A stretch of 60,870 bases of DNA, the filler included, from Globobulimina sp. (taxonomy: Eukaryota), in assembly GCA_003354225.1 (NCBI GenBank). It is 15 parts of 15 records of this genome, joined end to end, with 100 filler letters (N's around TTAATTAATTAA, not from the genome) between each part and the next. Parts side by side here need not be neighbours in the genome. Positions count along the whole stretch, not along the records: positions 32,536 to 36,499 come from PIVH01001820.1; positions 36,600 to 40,561 come from PIVH01001821.1; positions 40,662 to 44,623 come from PIVH01001822.1; positions 44,724 to 48,685 come from PIVH01001823.1; 11 more parts are not named here. The stretch is one strand, 5' to 3'. The first letter of the stretch is position 1. Each line of letters opens with the position of its first letter. Below, piece after piece: positions 34,742 to 46,483 of the stretch. The notes beneath the pieces are model-generated. The model had not been told where the DNA came from and did no database searches. It was given only the letters and a program-made list of their open reading frames with translations. Both the position numbers and the translations under genes were made by a program.

Positions 34742-36065
34742 TTAAACCCGATTTGCTTGTTGAGCTTCTGTTGTACCATATCCATTATCCTCTACATTTT
34801 GATATGAACCTAAAGCTTCTTGTTGTCTGTCTTTCGTTTTTTTACAATATACAGCAAAAGCAAAAGCCACCAACACCATCACTATGCCAACCATAAATAA
34901 GTAAATCCAGGCTTTAGTAAAATCTTCATACCATTTCTTATACTCACTCGCCAATTGGACATCATATTTATAAAATAACTCCCGAGTATCCAACACATCG
35001 CGAGCTGACATACCATCGTCATTAAAATCAGCAAAATAAAATAATGCTTCATCTAAAACATGCTGCGGGAAATTATCAAACTGCTTATCATGAATATCTT
35101 GCCACACTGCCCAGGCCAAATCAACATAGCCGTGCAACATAAAAAATAACGGATCGTTTGGACTCCACGGGATTTGCATTTGATGTCCACCAACTATTCG
35201 ATGCAAAGTACTATGCGCAATGCTACACTCAGACGCATTGCGCGGATTACAGCCTTCGAGTTGCGCTCTGAATGAACGCGCACAGTGACTGGTATCCCAC
35301 GCACTTTCTGTATTGTTATACGGCGCAACGTCGTACTCTTCCACACCATTTAAAGCATCCCATACTGACTGATCATCTGTTTGTGTACCACAGACATTAT
35401 TATTTGAGTCCGTTGAGCCTTGGAATATCCATCGCGATAAGGATGGATAATTATATGTTGACGCATTTGCAGAGCTTGCAGACAATGCGGGATCCACTGT
35501 CAATAGACCAAAGCCGTTATGTACGGGGAATTTGTCAACACCACCAAATGCATAGTCGTCAGGCACCAAATATGGAGGATTACTGTTTGGATCGCCAGTT
35601 CCACCCAAAAAATCAGTGTCGAATAATGTTTGTGCCGTAGATTCATCGTCATTTGGATTCCAATATGGTAATTTGAAGGGATTATCCTCTGCTCTGTCCA
35701 TGAAATAATTCAATTCTTTCTCGAAGAAATGCACAAATGCGCGATGCCATGGTAAGAAAGCCCAGGTTTGATGCGATTTGACAATGCGTACACTGACGGC
35801 ATGGACATATGGGAAATAATCATATGATGATAATGACGAGTTATATCGAGATGGTTGGATTTTCATTTCATACAATGCAGATTTAATTTCTTCTTTTTCT
35901 TGTTTTGTTAAATGTTTAACATCTCTTCTGTAACCAACTGTTGTTTGCAACGTAGAATAGAAAATTAATTAATACAAACTAATGTGTATTAGTATACTAC
36001 ATACATTGCTCAGAAGATGCAAGTGCTGAGAAAACTACACAGATAGTGAGTTGTAGCAACGCCAT
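34742..36065 (-). CDS. Tyrosinase (type-3 copper protein) with signal peptide and C-terminal TM
   Basis: CuA: YVHA..SHQTWAFLPWHRAF. CuB: AHSTLHRIVGG..DPLFFMLHGYVD. Signal exon MALLQLTICVVFSALA with an intron at ~35938-36004. TM WIYLFMVGIVMVLVAFAFAVYC. Confidence 0.9.
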
Positions 36066-36124
36066 TGTTTTTATATAATGTTAATTCACAGGAAAAAACT
36101 GCATAATGTTGTCATTTTCTATTT

Positions 36125-36370
36125 ATGTGTTTGCTAATATTAATAACACAAACAATATGCTCAACATATTACATGTCCACAAATCCAAGGGTTGACTACA
36201 CGTGCGGCGATGGAGCAGACATATGCAATATCCATTGTGATGTATCAGGTGGAGGGAGACCAAAAGAAACAACATTCCATTGCAACAATGCCAGACAATG
36301 TAATTTTTATTGTGAACGGAGAAAATGTGCTGAAAACGCAAATATATATTATTGCAACAAATTGCAGTAA
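36125..36370 (+). CDS. Small secreted Cys-rich repeat protein (possibly truncated or spliced further)
   Basis: Short hydrophobic N-terminus and CxIxC / CxFxC..C repeats similar to 39948-40373. Confidence 0.5.
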   Translation: MCLLILITQTICSTYYMSTNPRVDYTCGDGADICNIHCDVSGGGRPKETTFHCNNARQCNFYCERRKCAENANIYYCNKLQ

Positions 36371-36621
36371 TTTGCATATTATCGTCAGTCGAATTTCATG
36401 GTCATTTTCTGACAGCTGTATCGATTGGCGGCCACCTATACAGTCTTTAAAGGCGTAAAAAAATGCAAAGCTGTTACAGGTTTACATGCCTGGAATATTN
36501 NNNNNNNNNNNNNNNNNNNNNNNNNNNNNNNNNNNNNNNNNNNTTAATTAATTAANNNNNNNNNNNNNNNNNNNNNNNNNNNNNNNNNNNNNNNNNNNNT
36601 ACCAAAAAAAAGTCTAAAACC

Positions 36622-38245
36622 ATGGCAACTGAAGAACACAAAGAAACAGATGTCGACGTCATTTTCGCCAAAGTTGAATTAACAAAAAACGGTGGAAATT
36701 CATTTTTCAAACAAAATGATTATCACGACGCCATCTCTAAATACGACATTGCCATCGAAGAATACAAAGCCTTCATCAAAACAGATTACAATCAAAACGC
36801 TACGGAAACCTTAAAAAAATTGAAAACAATGCTCGCCTCTGTTTACAATAACCGCGCCTTTGCTTATTTCCGCTTAGAAATGTACGGCCAAGTCGTCCTC
36901 GACGCCTCTCAAGCCATCAAATTAAAATTCTGGAAGGTACACTATGCGAATCTGCGATCACAAAACGCAAAAACTCAAAAACAACATATAATTATAATTA
37001 TAACAACATTAATTTGTTGAATAGGCATATTATCGCCGAGGTTGTGCCAACATCGCATTGGGCCGTCTGGCCAAAGCAAAGAAAGATTTCGAGAAAGCAA
37101 AGCAGCGATTCCCCAAAAACAAAGACATCAAAACCAAACTAAAACTGGTGAGCATCGCGTATAACCAACAAAAATTCTTTGAAGCCATTGCCACCGAGGC
37201 CGGGATCCCCGCGTCGCAAAGCATTAAATTTGCTGATTTCGCAGCACCCACATCCTCGTACAACGGCCCTGTGCTAATCGACGATGACCTCAACAGCATC
37301 GATGCCGAATGGATCCTACAATTACACGAATATCAACGCACCGGCGGCACTTTGCACATTCGCTATGTGTTGGTTCTGATGTTCGAAGCGCTGAAACTGT
37401 TTCGCACGTATAACAATGTGGAGTTTTTCGAGCTTGACGAAGAGCAAAAGGACGACACCATCACTATTTGCGGCGATGTGCATGGCCAATATTATGATTA
37501 CTTACATATTTATAAATTGAATGGCTTACCCAATCAACGCAATGCGTACTTATTCAATGGTGATTTCGTGGACCGTGGTTCGTGGAGTTGCGAGGTTATA
37601 ATCTCGATGCTGGCGCTCAAGATATTGTATCCCAAACACTTTCTGATGACGCGGGGCAACCACGAGACTATAAATATGAACACAATGTATGGCTTTAAAG
37701 GCGAAGTGGAGCATAAATATGGTGCTTGCAAGAAGATGTTTGATTTATTCACCGAGATCTTCAATGCGTTGCCATTGGCGTATGTGGTCGGAGAGGAAGT
37801 GTTTGTGTGTCATGGCGGGTTGATGCGCGGCGATGATGTGCGTATTGAGGACATTCAGGCTGTGAATAGGTTGCAACAGCCGGTTGAAGGCATTATGGCT
37901 GATATGTTATGGAGCGATCCACAGGAAATGAATGGATATGCACCGTCGAAGCGCGGTGGAGGCACTATGTTTGGACCAGATGTGACAAAGGAATTTTTAC
38001 GCTCGAATGGATTGTCACTGTTGGTGCGCTCTCATGAAGTGCAGGAGGAAGGGTATAAGGTGTTGCATGATGGCAAGTTGATCACTATTTTTAGTGCACC
38101 TAATTATGTGGATCAGATGGGCAATAAAGCTGCCTTTATTACTATGGATAAGCGATATGTGCCCAAGTTCACGCAGTTTGAAGCGCAGAAACATCCGGAC
38201 ATTCGGCCTATGGCATATGGCGGGGGAATGGCCAATTTTATGTGA
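36622..38245 (+). CDS. PPP5C: Serine/threonine protein phosphatase 5 (TPR + PPP catalytic domain)
   Basis: TPRs (KNGGNSFFK, YNNRAFAY, AYYRRG), intron 36937-37024, GDVHGQ, GDFVDRG, RGNHE, SAPNY and C-terminal HPDIRPMAY. Confidence 0.95.
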
Positions 38246-38335
38246 AAGAATGAATGATTTTTTGTGATTTTCTTAATGCCTTAAAAATTGTTTTTTTATT
38301 TGGTTGTCAGTTAAGTTTAACATTGCGATTTGAGG

Positions 38336-39319
38336 ATGTTTGTAAGAGAATGTATTGCGTCTTGTGCAGATATTAAGATTTTATATTTTCCGTTTGGTGG
38401 CAGAGGCAGTGCATTGCGATTAGCAGCGTTTATTGGCAATTTAATGTTTGAAGATGAATTTATTTCATTTGAAGAGTTTCTGTTAATCAAAGATAATAAA
38501 AATAAAATAAAATGGTGTACTTTGCCGCAAATTATTGTTTATGAGAAAAGAAATGAGCATAAAATATCAAAATGTACAATTGGACAATCAAATGCTTGTT
38601 TGAGATGTATTGGTTGGAAATGTAATTTATATCCATATAATGATGCCATATTAGCAGTACATTGTGATGAAATAATGGATTATGTGGAAGATATAATGTT
38701 AGTATTAGCACCTTCTGAATTTTGTGGTGACGAAAATAAGAAAAAAATAATGCGGGAAGAATTGTCCAACGGTGAATTATTAGTTTGGTTAAAAAAATTA
38801 GAATGGAAATTAAAAGAAAATATAAATAATGGATATAAAAATGGATATATTGTAGGTAATAATTTTACGATTGCCGATTGTAAGTTATTTTGTTTTATTC
38901 GACATTTTGGTGCTTGTGAATGGAGAGAGGGATATTATAAATATATTGCTCATGATATACTCGATACATTTCCATTGCTACAAAAATATAAATCATTTAT
39001 TGCAACTATAGAAAGTATAAAAGATTTTGATAAATTATGGAGGAAAAGACACATAGGATTTAAATTAAAAAATATTAACTATCCCAAATGTTTTGTGTGG
39101 GAGAAACGAAATAAATATGAAAAAAAATGTGTTGTAAATGAGAATCAAGAATATGGCATTATCAATGATAAAGGTTTTATGAAAGAATCTATGCGATTCA
39201 TTATTTTTGCAGCAGTTTTATTTTTGTTGTTTCTGGTTAGCAATGAACCATACATACAAATATTTGGCTTACTCCTGTTTTTGGGCATAAACGAAACCAA
39301 AAAACAAAAGATCATTTAA
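38336..39319 (+). CDS. Glutathione S-transferase (sigma-like) with a C-terminal hydrophobic extension
   Basis: ILYFPFGGRGSALRL, LPQI, GQSNACLRCIG and YIVGNNFTIADCKLF motifs. Confidence 0.85.
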   Translation: MFVRECIASCADIKILYFPFGGRGSALRLAAFIGNLMFEDEFISFEEFLLIKDNKNKIKWCTLPQIIVYEKRNEHKISKCTIGQSNACLRCIGWKCNLYPYNDAILAVHCDEIMDYVEDIMLVLAPSEFCGDENKKKIMREELSNGELLVWLKKLEWKLKENINNGYKNGYIVGNNFTIADCKLFCFIRHFGACEWREGYYKYIAHDILDTFPLLQKYKSFIATIESIKDFDKLWRKRHIGFKLKNINYPKCFVWEKRNKYEKKCVVNENQEYGIINDKGFMKESMRFIIFAAVLFLLFLVSNEPYIQIFGLLLFLGINETKKQKII

Positions 39320-39908
39320 TTTTATATGAAAAGGATTGCTATTGGGTTGAAAACGAATGTTTTTATTCTTTTTTTTCAATTCACTTTTATTATCGTCCTA
39401 AATATATTCCGCCAAGCGAGAGTTTCCAGAAGAGTAACAATGCGTATCTGGTCGAGAAAATATCCAAATTAAAGGCTGTGATGAATGTGTTAGAAAATGT
39501 CAATTTATTCCATTGCTACAAATAATAACAGAAAATAATCAAAATATGAATTGGAAACTAATATTGCATCAATATATAATTCCTTATCCAATCATACTGA
39601 ATACATAAATGTACGCAAGATCAGCATCTATCAACTGGAGCTTCACAGCAGTCCAAAACAGCAGTTGTGACTCTGGTGATCAGACATTTGTTATGCAGCA
39701 CACAAAATCAGTTAGAATCTTGCACAAATGCAGGATGTGTCAAGTTTGCATTTATTAAATGTATTGGTGGTGCTGTAGAATGTGATATGCAGGACATCCA
39801 TATGAATAATATTCACTGTTTGATAATAATGGAGAGCTGTCACTGAAGTTTTTTTGAGTGAACAAAGAAAACCCAACTTCCTCATCTTTTCCTCGACAAA
39901 CAATCCGG

Positions 39909-39945
39909 TAACAACACTCCTCGATTAACAACACTCCTCGATTAA
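39909..39945. repeat. 17-bp tandem duplication immediately upstream of ATG 39948
   Basis: TAACAACACTCCTCGAT twice, followed by TAA. Confidence 0.85.
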
Positions 39946-39947
39946 GA

Positions 39948-40373
39948 ATGAGAAGTATTTATATCTCGTGCCTATTAATATTGTGTGTAGCAATGTGGTT
40001 TCCTCAACAAGCCGATGCCAGGAAATTAATTAGATGCCACGGAAAAGATTCTTGCAAAGATTACACGAAAAGATGTAGAACCGGTGAAAAGTGTCGAATT
40101 GAATGTTTTGGCGAATCTGCGTGTTCCGGCAATACAGTCCTCGATGGGAGTAAGGCCACAGTGGTCAAGTTTTTATGTACGGGCAAGGATTCGTGCAAAG
40201 GCAATACTGTGATGAAGTGTGGCACTGGCAAATGCGTCTTAAAATGTGCACAGCCAACGAGTTGCGAGGATGCCACCATTTATTGCGGGGCGGCCTCTTC
40301 CTTTGTGTGTAAGGGCGGTTACTGTGGTTCGAGTAACATCAATTTTGTGGGTTGTCCAAATCCGTATAATTAA
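39948..40373 (+). CDS. Small secreted Cys-rich repeat protein
   Basis: Signal peptide followed by repeats CHGKDSCK, CFGESACS, CTGKDSCK and CAQPTSCE. Confidence 0.8.
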   Translation: MRSIYISCLLILCVAMWFPQQADARKLIRCHGKDSCKDYTKRCRTGEKCRIECFGESACSGNTVLDGSKATVVKFLCTGKDSCKGNTVMKCGTGKCVLKCAQPTSCEDATIYCGAASSFVCKGGYCGSSNINFVGCPNPYN

Positions 40374-40439
40374 ATAAATAAATTAATAAATAAATAATGA
40401 AACAATTTGTATTTTGCTTTTTCTACGTACTCATGGCAT

Positions 40440-40561
40440 TGTTTCTTATTTCGTCTCTTTTTTTTTTCTTATTTTTTATTTTTTTTCTTTTTTTTTTTTG
40501 AATTATTAATTTTTTTTTCTTTTTTATTTTTTTTTTTTTTTTTATTTTTTTTTTTTTTTTT
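40440..40561. repeat. Poly-T low-complexity tract at the contig end
   Basis: Directly visible. Confidence 0.9.
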
Positions 40562-40661
40562 NNNNNNNNNNNNNNNNNNNNNNNNNNNNNNNNNNNNNNN
40601 NNNNNTTAATTAATTAANNNNNNNNNNNNNNNNNNNNNNNNNNNNNNNNNNNNNNNNNNNN

Positions 40662-40961
40662 CCAGTCGGCTATGTCTGTTTTGTTCTGTCCAGTCACATA
40701 TAAATCAATTTCGTTTGTATGTGTATAGTAATTGTGATGAATGGATAGATATGAGGCCCATCCAATGGTGCCACATGGCTGAGATATATTGCCACATTCA
40801 TCAAAATCACTGCCTAAGGCATCAACAAATAACGTGGTCTCTGCAGTTATTTTGGTAATTTCAGAAATAATAATCATAAATGATATGTGTGAAGATAACA
40901 ACGTGAAAGAACTAGTAAATGTAACCATTGTGATGGGTATTGGGTATGATGTTGAAGACAA
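40662..40961 (-). CDS. Secreted/surface protein N-terminus with a beta-helix cap motif, 3'-partial
   Basis: LFVDALGSDFDECGNISQPCGTIGWA resembles the 'GxD..CG....PC.TI..A' motif that precedes right-handed beta-helix domains. Confidence 0.55.
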
Positions 40962-41012
40962 CTTTTGGATCTAATATTTGTTTAATATTGCAAAATTACA
41001 AAAAATGAAAAA

Positions 41013-41687
41013 TCAATCCAGAAATGCAAATTTGTTGAGAGTCAATTGATACTTGATATTACAAAGAGAAACAACCATTTTGTAACGTATGTCTTTTCCT
41101 ATCACAATGTCTTCGAATATGACAAGCTTTCCATTCCTTTTAGGCAATATACATAAAAATGCATTTCTATTTCTCAAATCTAATGTTACTTCGAATGTCT
41201 CTCCAGCAGTTGGGCTTAACACATCTCCCAATGTGTTGTGATGCAATCCATTGACTTCAACACGCCCAGATATATTGTATTCATACACCGGTCTGTCCTC
41301 AGCATTGCTATAATATGAGTTACAGCAATTGTCATGAGATACGAAACCAAAGCTCATATGTGTTCCATTATCAATAATAAATTGCCATGAAACAATACTA
41401 TTACTCATTGAATCAATCCATACATTGCAATATGCACTATTTCTCCAGCTCAATTGGGTTGCAATTTTTGTTATTGTCATATTTTTGTTTGATATTTCAA
41501 TGTCATCCCCTGATTTGCAGAAATACTCAGCGCTATAATAGAATGCTAAAATTGTGTTAACGACCAATGGCGGAATACATATAGATTGTAAAATATGTTC
41601 TGTTGTTCTACAATATCCAAATACTAAATCCTTGTCACGCTGATCAATCAGCGACAAGACCTTCTTGAAGTCACTCAGAATTGACAT
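41013..41687 (-). CDS. SPRY/B30.2-like protein with an N-terminal 'LVFGYxR..IPxxV..IL.FY' motif
   Basis: IEISNKNMTITK, VSWQFII, MSFGFV, GETFEVTLDLRNR and YKMVVSL fit a SPRY-like beta sandwich. Confidence 0.65.
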   Translation of the reverse strand: MSILSDFKKVLSLIDQRDKDLVFGYCRTTEHILQSICIPPLVVNTILAFYYSAEYFCKSGDDIEISNKNMTITKIATQLSWRNSAYCNVWIDSMSNSIVSWQFIIDNGTHMSFGFVSHDNCCNSYYSNAEDRPVYEYNISGRVEVNGLHHNTLGDVLSPTAGETFEVTLDLRNRNAFLCILPKRNGKLVIFEDIVIGKDIRYKMVVSLCNIKYQLTLNKFAFLD

Positions 41688-41760
41688 GACTTTAACGAGT
41701 TGTTTTTGCTGATCGAGTTGACCGGAAAACTCGTTCAGATATTTGTGCTGCTAGCTGACA

Positions 41761-44269
41761 ATGTTTCGTTGTGCTGAAAGTAAATGGCTTGCTGTACTCT
41801 CATCAATGACAATTGCAAGTATACGATTGAGTACAGCTGGAATATCAACAGCAACAACACCCGATCGAGGACCAAACCTATTAAAAGAAGCAGTAACACC
41901 AATTAAAACAACAATAAATACATCAACTAAAAGCAAAACAAAAAGCAATGTCTATGATAATAAAGACTCAAAAATCACATATAGCATTCAACCACCAATA
42001 GCCAAACAGCAACCTACCATAACAAGACTTCCCTGGGACACAGTTAACAATCACATAACACAAAAAATGCGTATAAAATGCATGAAAAACAAATAAATTA
42101 TACAGACCGTGGATAATTATGCATGGCTTCGCGACGAAACCAGCCCCGAAACCATATCCTATCTGGAAGCCGAGAATGCGTTCACTGAATCAACGATGAA
42201 ACATACCGAAAAAGTACAAAAAGTATTATATAAAGAGATATTAAGTCGCATCGTAGAGGACGACACTTCGGTGCCTGCAAAACGTGACAATTATTTATAT
42301 TATAACCGAACAGAAAAAGGTAAAGCATACAATATATATTGTCGCAAAGCAATAGCAAGCGAACAAGAAGAGATATTATTAAATGTGAACGAGTTGGCAC
42401 AAGACAAGGAATTTATGTCCATTGGCACTTATAACATCTCGCCAAATCATAAATATTTAGCATATAGCACTGATGAGTCAGGCGATGAACGGTATAACTT
42501 AAAATTCAAAGATTTAGAAACTGGCGAGTTATTATCAGATTATATAGAAAATATTGCGGATATGGAGTGGTGCAATGACAATGAAACAATATATTATATT
42601 AAATATGATGATGCCTGGAGACCATATCAATTATGGCAGCATAAAATGGGTCAAAGTGTGGATTCTGATCAACTAATTTGTATGGAAACTGACGTAAAAT
42701 TTAGATTATCAATTTCTAGGACGAGAGATGATAAATATATGATATTACACGTTGGCTCTGCCATAACTGACGAAGTTTATTATATTGATGCTAACGATCC
42801 CGATCATGATCAGTTTAAATGCATTGCTGAGCGCATAAATGGTGTTGAATATAGCGTGAACCATCAAAATGACGACTTTTTAATTCTGATGAATGACAAT
42901 GCAATCAATTTTCAGTTATATGCTGTGAATGATAGGCATCCCACAGACAGAGATAAATGGAGGAAAGTTATTCCTCACAATGAAAATGTCACATTGCGAT
43001 CGGTTAATTGTTTTAAAGGTATTACGTCTGATGCAACCACAGCAAAATATATACGTACAATAAGACCTATTGCTGTTGTAATATATAGATTTTATTGTAA
43101 TCAATCAGAGAAGAAACGGTTTGCCAGAACATCGCATTAGATACAAATCAGCAGATAACTCGTACGGTGAACACGTTATAGCATTACCAGAATCAAGTTA
43201 TAATATTCGGAGCTCTTCAAATTTGGAATATGATACAACTAAATTCCGGTTTAAGTACACTTCATTAATTACGCCAAGTACAACCTACGATTATGATGTG
43301 ACTAGCCAGCGGTTGAAGGCATTAAAAGTACACCCAGTGAACGAGTATAATTCCGATAACTATCAAACGAAACGAATATGGGCTACGGCTAGAGATGGAA
43401 CACAAATTCCAATCTCATTGATGGCGAGAAACGATATCAAATTGGATGGCTCTGATGGCGCTGTGCCAGTTCATTTGATTGGGTATGGCTCATACGGCCA
43501 AGCATACGATGTATACTTCAGTGTGGCCAGATTGTCATTGGTCGATCGTGGAATGGTCGTTGGTTATGCACATATACGCGGCGGTGGTGAATTTGGGAGG
43601 AAATGGAAATTGGATGGCAAATTAGACAAAAAAATGAATACTTTTCAAGATTTTATCGCCTGTTCGGAACATTTGATTGATACGAAAGTGACGGATAATA
43701 AACATTTGGTATGTTCAGGTGGCTCGGCGGGTGGATTGTTGATGGGGAGTATAATGAATATGAGAGCTGATTTGTATCATGCAATTGTCGCTGACGTGCC
43801 TTTTGTTGATGCGTTGAATACGATTTTAGATGAAACATTGCCATTAACTGCAGGCGAATGGGAGGAATGGGGAGACCCTCGGACCATAAATGATTACTGG
43901 ACCATAAAGGGATACTCGCCGTATAATAATATATCGACGTACAGATATCCAAATTTATTGCTTGAAGGGGGATTGAATGATGCAAGAGTCAAATATTGGG
44001 AGCCGGCGAAATTTTGTGCAAAGTTGAGGGAAATGAAAAGGAATTTTGGACATTTGTACAATCAGAATGAGGATGATAATGTTATTTTGTTGAAAACAAA
44101 TATGGGGGCTGGGCATGGCGGTGCTTCTGGTCGGTATGGGCGGATTAAGGAGATTTCATTCGAGTATGCATTCTTGTTGGATCAATTAAAAATGTTAAAC
44201 GTCGAAAATCCAAATTTAAAGTTAAAAATTGATGATGATGATGCTGGTGATAAAAAGAGTGATGATTGA
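41761..44269 (+). CDS. ptrB: Oligopeptidase B (peptidase S9A) with an N-terminal extension
   Basis: DNYAWLRD, YLEAENAFT, GYGSYG, HIRGGGEFG, GGSAGG, DARV and GAGHGG. Introns 42043-42105 and 43019-43088 restore the frame. Confidence 0.93.
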
Positions 44270-44410
44270 TAATATAATGTTAAATATTAATTTAGGTCTA
44301 AATATTCATCGTTAAATATTTTAATATTTTTCAAAAAAAAAAGATATTTTCCAGTTTTTGAGAACGTAAATAACACTAAATCCACTGCCCTGTTGACCAG
44401 CGTCTTTTCT

Positions 44411-44623
44411 ATGATGAGTACTGAGGGCCTATTAGATGCGAAATATGAAGAAATGAAGCAATTATTGGGAAAACACAATCTAACACATATTTTGAGCATC
44501 TTCAGTAAACATAGATTTGATGATTTATCTTTGTGGTTGGATATTGATGAACAAAATTGGAGAGATATGGATCTTTTAGGTTCAGACAGAATAAGATTTA
44601 AAAAGTTACAGCTTGACTTGAAG
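44411..44623 (+). CDS. SAM-domain protein, 3'-partial
   Basis: LGKHNLTHILSIFSKHRFDDLSLWLDIDEQNWRDMDLLGSDRIRF. Confidence 0.65.
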
Positions 44624-44724
44624 NNNNNNNNNNNNNNNNNNNNNNNNNNNNNNNNNNNNNNNNNNNNTTAATTAATTAANNNNNNNNNNNNNNNNNNNNN
44701 NNNNNNNNNNNNNNNNNNNNNNNA

Positions 44725-46343
44725 AGGGAAGTTATCTTATTAGTATTGGAGTATTGTCCTGGCGGTGAATTATTTGATTTATTATATTATACGGAATGTT
44801 TAGATGCACTTTTAGCGCGCACATATTTTCGTGCTTTGTGTTCTGGCATAAAATGCTTACATTCCTTAGGCATAATCCACAGAGATATTAAACCTCAAAA
44901 CTTATTATTGGATCGTAATTATAACTTAAAAATCACAGGTTAGTATATGCAGAATTATGTAAATGTTTCCTGTGTTGCATACATTTACCGTTTATATATG
45001 TATACAGACTTTGGTTTGAGTAAAATGATAAATTTACGCGATCCACGCATTGAGGGGGACCTATCGCGCGTAAAATTATTAGATCCGCGGGTTGGGACTA
45101 AAGGCTATCAATCGCCAGAGATTGTGTGTATGAACAAATATATTTCAAAACGGAAGAAACCACCTTCGAATTTGTATTATAATAATAATTGTGATGTATT
45201 TGCAATGGGGGTGGTTTTGTTTATATTAATGACTGGATACCCACCGTTTAAATCTGCTGATCCAAGTGACAAATGGTATTATTACATAGACAGAGGCGAT
45301 TATCAATCATTTTGGAAAGCGCATCGAAATTCAGGTGTGTAGTGTTTTTAACAATGTCATCAGTTCTCACACAATCCGTACATATCACTTGTTGTATATG
45401 CATATTATTTGATTGTATGAAAGAAAGAAATGACACGCAAGGATGATGAGAACTGTGAGTGGAAAAAAAACTTTTACGTTTTTCATTTTAATGTTTTTAA
45501 GGCTTAAAAAAATCTGAAACGGATTTGATTACAAGGATGTTGTTTTCGGATATAAAGCAACGAATTAGTATCACTAAGATTGAGCAACATGCGTGGTATT
45601 TGGGTGACACTTTAACTGCGCAGCAATTAACCCAAGTGTTGGAATACCGGCATCAAGAAATGGAGTTAAAACGGAGTATGGATAACAATAAACAAGCCAT
45701 TTTACAATATTCTGAAAGAGTGGTTATAAAGAAGCCATTATTGCCATATTTTAAGAACAAAATATTAGGCAAAGGATACAAATTAAATCAACATCCCCCA
45801 CAATTGAATGGAATGAAAGCGAATATGGCGCGCAGTGTATATACGACCTGCAATGCGTACGAGGTGTTGCAAGAAATTAAAGTGGTGATCGAAGATGACA
45901 TGCGGGGCATATTAATTCATCCAAAATGTAATCAAATATTTGAAAATGAGAATGAAAATATTGAAAAGGGGGATATTGATATTGACAATTTTTGTTTGAT
46001 GGCAAATATTGCCCATTTGAAAGACGATGAGGATAATAATAAGATTCAGTTTGAAGGCACGACAATTCATGTACAGATATATTGGCATCAGGTAAAACAA
46101 TGCAATTTGGTACAATTTAATATCATTAGCAATGATTATAATAATCAGAATCCAAATAATGAGAATACATCATTCATGCACCGGAAAAATGAAATTGAGA
46201 AATGGAAAAAATTAAAAAATGCATTTTTAACAAAAGCTGGACATGTTTTGACTGGTTTACCTCGAAAACAAAAACATGTTGATGAGGATATTAAGAAATT
46301 GTATGAAAAATGTTTTCCTAATAAAGCTAAAAAAAAAGATTGA
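44725..46343 (+). CDS. Ser/Thr protein kinase (CAMK-group-like), 5'-partial
   Basis: EYCPGGELFD, HRDIKPQN, DFG split by intron 44939-45007, GTKGYQSPE, DVFAMGV and GYPPF. Second intron 45335-45501. Confidence 0.93.
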
Positions 46344-46483
46344 TTGTGTTTGTTTATATATTAATGTTTTTTTGTGTTGCATTGCTCGAATTTGTATTGA
46401 ATGTCTTGTGTTTTTTGAAATTTACATTTTTGATTGGCATATATTCGAAATGTAAGACGATCACAAGCATTGATGATATTTAG

